Positions 51,487 to 56,899 of a DNA stretch of 56,899 nucleotides are shown here, piece by piece. A model generated the notes under the pieces. It was not told the DNA's origin. It was given only the letters and a program-made list of their open reading frames with translations, and ran no database searches. The stretch lies in contig CAZMWA010000108.1 in the NCBI GenBank assembly GCA_964569405.1, positions 1 to 56,899 of the forward strand, in the 5' to 3' direction. Numbering within the stretch: the first letter of the stretch is position 1; every line of letters starts with the position of its first letter. Both the position numbers and the translations under genes were made by a program. This DNA is from an uncultured Vicinamibacteraceae bacterium (GTDB lineage Bacteria; Acidobacteriota; Vicinamibacteria; Vicinamibacterales; UBA8438).

Positions 51487-51611
51487 GATGAATAGAATAG
51501 GAGGCTATTCGTCCATGGTCAATGCCGGGGCAAGCACGCCACGGAGCAACCCGGGAGCCGGCCGGCCGCACCTGGGCTAGAATGAGCACTCGCACGGAGG
51601 AGGTCCAAGCG

Positions 51612-53024
51612 ATGCAGACCATCTCGAACCGCCGGCTCCCGCTGCCGGCCGTTGTCCTCGCCGGGCTCGCGCTGCTCGCGAGCGCGCCGCCGTGGGCGCC
51701 CGACGCGGCCGCCCAGACCGGCTCGCAGCCGTCGGTGACGTTCACGCGGGACGTCGCGCCGATACTCCAGCGCTCGTGCCAGGCGTGCCATCGTCCGGGC
51801 TCCATCGCCCCGATGTCGCTGGTCACGTACGAAGAGGTGCGGCCGTGGGCGCGGGCCATCAGGGACAAGACCTCCCGGCCCGACAACGACCCGGACCGGA
51901 TGCCGCCGTGGTTCATCGAGAAGAACATCGGCATCCAGCGCTTCAAGGAAGACATCTCCCTGAGCCCGGCAGAAATCGAGACGATTGCGGCCTGGGCGGA
52001 CGGCGGGGCGCCCCGCGGCAACCCGGCCGACCTGCCGCCGGCCATCGAGTGGCCCGCGGGCAAGGACTGGTCGTTCGGCGAGCCGGACCTGGTCGTCTCG
52101 TCGCCCGGACACACGCTCGAGGCGGTGGCGGCCGACTGGTACGGCCTGCTCGACCCGTCGCCCACCGGGCTGACCGAGGACCGCTGGGTCAAGGCCGTCG
52201 AGGTGCGCGAGGTGCTGCTGGACGAGGCCACGGTCGAGCGCAAGTCGGGCGACCTCAACCTGTTCGTCGTGCACCACGCCGTCATCTCCGCCCGCGAGCG
52301 GTCGGAGGAAATCCAGACCCAGTCGCGGCCGGGCAGCGCGCGCGGTCCGACCGACCTGTTCATGGTCGTCCACGAGGTGGGCCAGAACGCCACCCACTAT
52401 CCCGAGGTGCTCGGCGTGCGCCTGCCGGCCGGCTCGTCGCTCAACTGGGACCTGCACCTGCACTCCATCGGCGTCGAGGTGCCGTTCCGCATCGACGTCG
52501 CGTTCAAGTTCCACCCCCGGGGCTGGGAGCCGAAGTACAGCGGCCGCGGCGGCATCATCAGCTACCTGACCTTCGACATCGACATCCCGCCCGAGGAGCC
52601 GAACGCGAAGATGGAGGGGATGCAGCTCGTGACGCAGCCGGGCATCCTGATGACGTTCGAGCCGCACCTGCACTCGAGCGGCAAGCGGATGTGCATCGAG
52701 GCCATGTACCCCAGCGGCCTGAGCGAGATGCTCAACTGCGCCGGCTACAACCACAACTGGGTGAAGGTGTACGTCTACGACGAGGACCACGCGCCGCTGC
52801 TGCCCGCCAACACGCTGCTGCGGGTCACCGCGTGGTACGACAACACGCTGAACAACCCGCGCGTGGTGGATCCGCGCAACTGGAAGGGCTACGGCAACCG
52901 CTCGACCGACGACATGTTCCTGAACCTCTCCCGGTTCGTGCCGATCACCGAGGCGCAGTACCAGGAGGAGCTCGAGCGGCGCCAGGCGCTGGAGCGGGCG
53001 CGGTTGACGCAGGACAACGACTGA
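51612..53024 (+). CDS. Secreted fusion, family C paralog: cytochrome c motif + PHM/DBH-like domain
   Basis: ATG 51612 after GGAGGAGG. FTRDVAPILQRSCQACHRP. VVHHA, WDLHLHS, FEPHLHSSGKRMC, DDMF. Collinear with 46248..47672. Confidence 0.8.
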   Translation: MQTISNRRLPLPAVVLAGLALLASAPPWAPDAAAQTGSQPSVTFTRDVAPILQRSCQACHRPGSIAPMSLVTYEEVRPWARAIRDKTSRPDNDPDRMPPWFIEKNIGIQRFKEDISLSPAEIETIAAWADGGAPRGNPADLPPAIEWPAGKDWSFGEPDLVVSSPGHTLEAVAADWYGLLDPSPTGLTEDRWVKAVEVREVLLDEATVERKSGDLNLFVVHHAVISARERSEEIQTQSRPGSARGPTDLFMVVHEVGQNATHYPEVLGVRLPAGSSLNWDLHLHSIGVEVPFRIDVAFKFHPRGWEPKYSGRGGIISYLTFDIDIPPEEPNAKMEGMQLVTQPGILMTFEPHLHSSGKRMCIEAMYPSGLSEMLNCAGYNHNWVKVYVYDEDHAPLLPANTLLRVTAWYDNTLNNPRVVDPRNWKGYGNRSTDDMFLNLSRFVPITEAQYQEELERRQALERARLTQDND

Positions 53025-53046
53025 CCCGCGGCCGCGGTTCGCAACG

Positions 53047-53937
53047 ATGAGAGCGCACAGCCGATTCCCGTGGACGCCCGCGACGGTCGCCGCCGCGGCA
53101 GCGGCCCTGCTGCTGGCGGGCGCGCCCGGCGACGGCGGCGGGCAGGTCGTCTACCGCACCGGCCAGGACATCGCCCCCGCCTTCGACGGCTGGGAGGAGC
53201 GCCCCGACGGGACGTTCGACCTGGCCTTCGGCTACTTCAACCGCAACTGGGACGAGAAGCCGTTCGTGCCGGTCGGCCCGGACAACCACCTCGAGCCGGG
53301 CGGGCCGGACCAGGGACAGCCGACGCTGTTCCAGCCGCGCCGCAACCGGTTCGTCTTCCGCATCAACGTGCCCGCCGACTTCGGCGACCGCGAGATCGTG
53401 TGGACGCTGACGGCCAACGGCAAGACCAGCCGGGCGTACGGCTCGCTGCTGCCCGGCTACATCACCGACTCGGAGCTGCAGCAGTTCGACATCGGCGACT
53501 TCGGCCACAACAACGAGGAGATGCGGGCCAACCTGGCGCCGACCGTGCGCGTGGAGGGCAGCCTCGAGCGGACCGTGGCCGTGGGCCAGCCGCTGGCGCT
53601 CGCGGCCGTGGCGGCGGACGACGGCATCCCGCCGGTGCACGCGGCGCCGCTGCGGCTGGTCGGCCGCCACGGCGCCTGGGGGCTGCGCGTGGCGTGGATC
53701 GTCTACCGCGGCCCCGAGCGCCACGTGAGGTTCGACCCGTACCAGTTCAAGACGTATCCCGACTACCGCAGCAACTCGCCGTGGACGCCGGGCTGGGAGC
53801 CGCCGCCGCTCCCGGCGGACGGCCGCTTCCCGGTAACCGCGACGTTCAGCCAGCCGGGCGAGTACGTCATCCGCGCGCAGGCGCACGACGGCGGCCTGAA
53901 GGACACCGAGGACGTGACGGTGATCGTCACGCCCTGA
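53047..53937 (+). CDS. Secreted protein, family B paralog
   Basis: 296 aa. Collinear similarity with 45299..46219. Confidence 0.75.
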   Translation: MRAHSRFPWTPATVAAAAAALLLAGAPGDGGGQVVYRTGQDIAPAFDGWEERPDGTFDLAFGYFNRNWDEKPFVPVGPDNHLEPGGPDQGQPTLFQPRRNRFVFRINVPADFGDREIVWTLTANGKTSRAYGSLLPGYITDSELQQFDIGDFGHNNEEMRANLAPTVRVEGSLERTVAVGQPLALAAVAADDGIPPVHAAPLRLVGRHGAWGLRVAWIVYRGPERHVRFDPYQFKTYPDYRSNSPWTPGWEPPPLPADGRFPVTATFSQPGEYVIRAQAHDGGLKDTEDVTVIVTP

Positions 53938-53954
53938 TCGAACGGAGGCGAGCC

Positions 53955-54569
53955 ATGCAGGTCGAGCCGCACGAGTCCGGACTTGCGTTCACGCGGGAGC
54001 ACCGTGGGGCAGGCGGGGTGCGCCTCGCCCTGCTGGCGGCAGCGCTGCTGGCGGCCGTGTCGTTCGGCGCCGCCTGCGCCGCCCGGCCGGACGCGGCCGC
54101 CGGCAACCAGGGCGGGGAGGCGGCGCTGAGCGACGTCGAGCGCCTCCTCGCCATCGAGGAGATCGGGCGCCTCAAGGCGAGCTATTTCCGCTGCCTGGAC
54201 ACCAAGGACTGGGCCTGCATCGCGACGCTGTTCACGCCCGACGCGACCGCGGTCTACAACGTCGAGGGCTCGGGCGACCCGGCCACGCCCGACAACCCGG
54301 TGACCGGCAACGAGGCCATCGCCGCCTTCATCCAGCGCGCCGTCGAGCACCTGGTCACGATCCACCACGGGCACATGCCGGAGATCGAGATCACCTCCCC
54401 CACCACCGCGACCGGCATCTGGGCGATGCTGGACATCCTCCAGGAGCCCGGCGGGGAGAACCTGGTCCACGGCTGGGGCCACTACCACGAGACCTACGAG
54501 CGCATCGACGGCCGCTGGCACATCAAGACGCTGCGGCTGACGCGGCTGCGCGTCGACCGCGCCGAGTAA
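53955..54569 (+). CDS. SnoaL-like/NTF2-fold protein, secreted or anchored
   Basis: ATG 53955 in frame with ORF 53070..54569. IEEIGRLKASYFRCLDTKDW, WHIKTLRLTR. Confidence 0.7.
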   Translation: MQVEPHESGLAFTREHRGAGGVRLALLAAALLAAVSFGAACAARPDAAAGNQGGEAALSDVERLLAIEEIGRLKASYFRCLDTKDWACIATLFTPDATAVYNVEGSGDPATPDNPVTGNEAIAAFIQRAVEHLVTIHHGHMPEIEITSPTTATGIWAMLDILQEPGGENLVHGWGHYHETYERIDGRWHIKTLRLTRLRVDRAE

Positions 54570-54593
54570 GGAAGCTGCGCGCGGAGTGACCGG

Positions 54594-54974
54594 CTACGGC
54601 TGAATCGGGCTGCCGTCCGGCCGCGTCAGCTCGGCGCAGCACATGCCGTACGTGCCCGGCGCCCGGGACGGGCTGCCCACCGCGCGGATCTCGTCGCCCG
54701 CGCTGATCGTGTCCGGCGTCCATCCGCGGCGGCTCATCGAGACCGCCGGCCCCATCTCGATCTCCCAGGCGATCGCGGCCCCGTCGTCCCCCGTACCCTC
54801 GAGGTACAGGAAGGAGTGCGGGTTCTTGAACTCGAACCTCGTCACGACCCCCAGCGCCTCCACGCTGCGGCTGCCGTCGTAGAACGGCGTGCTGGCATGG
54901 TGCGCCACCGCGGGCACCACCGCCAGGCACCCGGCCGCCAGACACGCCAACGCGATCCATCGCCGGACTGTCAC
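54594..54974 (-). CDS. DUF6152-like small secreted protein
   Basis: Signal peptide ending AVAHHAS. GVVTRFEFKNPHSFLYL pattern. Confidence 0.5.
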   Translation of the reverse strand: MTVRRWIALACLAAGCLAVVPAVAHHASTPFYDGSRSVEALGVVTRFEFKNPHSFLYLEGTGDDGAAIAWEIEMGPAVSMSRRGWTPDTISAGDEIRAVGSPSRAPGTYGMCCAELTRPDGSPIQP

Positions 54975-54992
54975 CTCGCTACCCTCCTTGGA

Positions 54993-55760
54993 CTAGCGGT
55001 ACTTCGGGATCATGAACCGCACCGGACGCCGCGCCTCCTCCGGGTCGCACTCGTACGCCTGCAGGCGGTAGCCGTCGGGCGCCGGCAGCCACTGGGTGGT
55101 GTACGAGGCCGGCTCCCTGAGGAAGAGCGGATCCTCGACGGTGACGGTCACCCTCAGGGCCTCCCCCTCGCGCCAGTAGCGCTCGGTCACGCGCTTGAGC
55201 TGCGAGGACGGGATGCCGTTGTAGTCGTCGAAGCCGGTGATGTCGAACACGAAGTGGGTAGTCTCGACGAGCAGCGCGCCGTCCTGGTAGCGGCCCACCG
55301 AGAAGCCCTGGATGCCGTAGTCGCCGACGGTGGGCTGGCGCCCGTCGAGCCAGACCGTGCGCACCTGATCGTCCTTCTCGTAGCGGAACAGCACCCGCTC
55401 GGGCCACTGCACGACCTCCATCATGTAGGGGTCGTACTGCAGGGCGGGCGGCGTGGCCGGCACGCAGTCGTACTTCTGCGCTATCGCCTCGTCGAACACC
55501 TGCTGAAAGGCGAGCGCGCGCTCGTTCAGCACGGGGAAGTTGTCGGGCGTCCACGGCATGTCCGGGCCGTTGACCGGGCGCGCGCGGGGGCTTCCGTCCC
55601 ACACGCCCGCCAGGCGGGGTGCCTCGCCCGCGGCCTCCTGTGCCGCCGCGCCCGCCCCGGGCCCGGCGCCGGCCGCTATCACCACCACGAGTGCGAGCGG
55701 CGCCGCGAGCTGCACGGACCACCGCGAAACGAACCGGTTGCGCATCTTCCGCATGGGCAT
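54993..55760 (-). CDS. Secreted protein, divergent member of family A
   Basis: ATG 55760 (255 aa). YDCVPATPP...MMEVVQWPERVLFRYE...WLDGRQP...GFSVGRYQDGALLVETTHF aligns with the ERC...VQ-P...RQW-GDSRGRWEGDTLVV-TTNF core. Confidence 0.7.
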   Translation of the reverse strand: MPMRKMRNRFVSRWSVQLAAPLALVVVIAAGAGPGAGAAAQEAAGEAPRLAGVWDGSPRARPVNGPDMPWTPDNFPVLNERALAFQQVFDEAIAQKYDCVPATPPALQYDPYMMEVVQWPERVLFRYEKDDQVRTVWLDGRQPTVGDYGIQGFSVGRYQDGALLVETTHFVFDITGFDDYNGIPSSQLKRVTERYWREGEALRVTVTVEDPLFLREPASYTTQWLPAPDGYRLQAYECDPEEARRPVRFMIPKYR

Positions 55761-55784
55761 CTCTCCGCCCTGCGAGTCTACACC

Positions 55785-55790
55785 TATAAT
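55785..55790 (+). promoter_or_regulatory. TATAAT -10 box candidate for the downstream propeller gene
   Basis: TATAAT lies 38 nt upstream of ATG 55828. The predicted 5'UTR contains GGGGAGG (55814-55820). No convincing -35. Confidence 0.3.
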
Positions 55791-55827
55791 GGCTCGCGCG
55801 CGATGCGGCGCGCGGGGAGGACTGCTC

Positions 55828-56856
55828 ATGCTCATGCAGCTCACGAGGCTCTCGCTGGCGGTCGGCGCGCTGGTCGCCGGCATCCTGGTCGCGGCGGCGG
55901 CCGGACAGGGCACGGCGGCGTGCGAACCGGACGGCGACGTGCAGTTCCTGTGCGGACCGCCGAGCCCGGAGGACCTGCTCGCGGTACCCCGGACTCCCCT
56001 GGTGCTCGGGTCGAGCATGGAGACGGAGGGCCACCTCTTCCTGGCCGACACCCGCGACCACACCACGGCGGTGCTGTTCCCCGCCGCCGGCGCGCGCACG
56101 CGGCACGATACGGCGCTGTACGGGGCGTGCCCCGGCCCGCCCACGGCCCGCCTCCAGCCGCACGGCCTGGGCCTGCGCCGGGGCGACGGCGACATCCACA
56201 CGCTGTACGTCGTGGGCCACGGCGACCGGGAGTCGGTGGAGGTGTTCTGGCTCGACATGGGCGGCGCGCAGCCGCTCATCACCTGGATCGGCTGCGTCGT
56301 GGCGCCGGAAGGCGTCGGCCTCAACTCCGTCACGTCGCTGCCCGGCGGCGGCTTCGCCGCCACCAACTTCTCGCGGCCCGTGGGCGAGGTGTGGGAGTGG
56401 CGGCCCGGCCTCGGCTGGTCGGAGGTGCCCGGCAGCACGATGTCCGGCCCGAACGGTCTGGTGGTGTCGGAGGACGGCCGCTGGTACTACATCGGCGGCT
56501 GGGGCACGCAGTCGGTGGTGCGCCTGTCGCGCGGCCGGACGCCCGTCGACAAGTCCGAGGTGGACCTCGGGTTCCACGTGGACAACCTGCGCTGGGCGCC
56601 CGACGGCTCGCTGCTGGCGGCCGGCCAGGGCGCGGCCAGCCCCGACGCGGTCTTCGCCTGCGTCGGCAGCGGCGCCTGCGACGGGCTCACGGCGCGGGTC
56701 GCGCGCGTGGACCCGGAATCGCTCGCCGCCGAGGAGATCGTCAACTACCCGTCCACCGCGGGCCTGATCATCGGCACGGGCGCCATCCAGGTGGGCGACG
56801 AGATCTGGGTCGGCGGCGCCGGCGGCGGCGACCGCATCGGCCGCTTCCCGCAGTAG
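55828..56856 (+). CDS. Secreted beta-propeller protein (SMP-30/arylesterase/strictosidine-synthase-like)
   Basis: ATG 55828 in frame with ORF 55540..56856. Signal peptide MLMQLTRLSLAVGALVAGILVAAAAG. GPNGLVVSEDGRWYYIGGWG, FHVDNLRWAPDGSLL. Confidence 0.6.
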   Translation: MLMQLTRLSLAVGALVAGILVAAAAGQGTAACEPDGDVQFLCGPPSPEDLLAVPRTPLVLGSSMETEGHLFLADTRDHTTAVLFPAAGARTRHDTALYGACPGPPTARLQPHGLGLRRGDGDIHTLYVVGHGDRESVEVFWLDMGGAQPLITWIGCVVAPEGVGLNSVTSLPGGGFAATNFSRPVGEVWEWRPGLGWSEVPGSTMSGPNGLVVSEDGRWYYIGGWGTQSVVRLSRGRTPVDKSEVDLGFHVDNLRWAPDGSLLAAGQGAASPDAVFACVGSGACDGLTARVARVDPESLAAEEIVNYPSTAGLIIGTGAIQVGDEIWVGGAGGGDRIGRFPQ

Positions 56857-56886
56857 GAGTCGGCGCCGCGCAACGGCGTCGACTCC
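56856..56886 (+). terminator. 13-bp stem hairpin overlapping the last base of the stop codon
   Basis: GGAGTCGGCGCCG-CGCAA-CGGCGTCGACTCC (one G-T pair), starting on the last base of the TAG at 56854-56856. No T-tract. Confidence 0.4.
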
Positions 56887-56899
56887 ACAAGGCGCGCAC

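Noticed and set aside
1-56899. Search for tRNA, rRNA, CRISPR arrays, integrases or recombinases beside the accessory patches
   Set aside because: I saw no T-loop-like GGTTCGA-type motifs outside coding context, no rRNA-like conserved blocks, no regularly spaced repeats and no tyrosine/serine recombinase motifs by eye. An automated scan (tRNAscan-SE, Infernal) is still advisable.

Overview
High-GC bacterial chromosomal segment. Hand counts of sample lines give roughly 70-80% GC in most genes. It is densely coding, with about 60 genes. Most encode exported (Sec, TAT or lipoprotein) redox and hydrolytic enzymes: a PQQ dehydrogenase, a SorAB-like sulfite dehydrogenase, cyclase-family proteins, an MBL hydrolase, NHL and SMP-30 propellers, VOC proteins, an FAD oxidoreductase, a PhoD-like phosphatase and an amidase-CHRD fusion. 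Housekeeping-type genes include hflK-hflC and an MltD-like transglycosylase. I saw no rRNA, tRNA or CRISPR array.

Notable content:
(1) A lower-GC patch at about 17.3-24.6 kb holds a translationally coupled operon: a small ORF, a PHP-phosphoesterase/SMC-like ATPase fusion, and an AlbA_2 (Schlafen)-HATPase protein. The same patch carries a Uma2 endonuclease and a Swt1-like HEPN protein.
(2) A second lower-GC patch at about 37.9-42.2 kb holds MntA/HepT, an ABC-type ATPase with a DUF4276 partner, and a three-gene module (DUF1640-like, gamma-glutamylcyclotransferase, 4-TM membrane protein). That module is bracketed by a perfect 18-bp direct repeat.
(3) A complete Anbu operon (circularly permuted ATP-grasp, alpha-E, Anbu proteasome-like peptidase, transglutaminase) lies directly downstream of hflKC.
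(4) Two divergently oriented paralogous cassettes encode a cytochrome-c-motif/PHM-like monooxygenase fusion plus an unknown secreted partner.
(5) An expanded secreted family (WGDPDLQG...CHEGNY) has 4 intact members, 1 frameshifted truncated pseudogene and 1 36-codon relic coupled to the PQQ gene.
(6) A 63-bp GC-rich REP-like intergenic element is present in 4 copies.
(7) Several accessory genes show leaderless-type promoter geometry.
(8) A VapBC pair is present, and a partial IS3-type transposase start sits at the left edge.

High GC generates many long shadow ORFs in the supplied track, which I rejected. All family names are from motif recognition by eye and need HMM confirmation.
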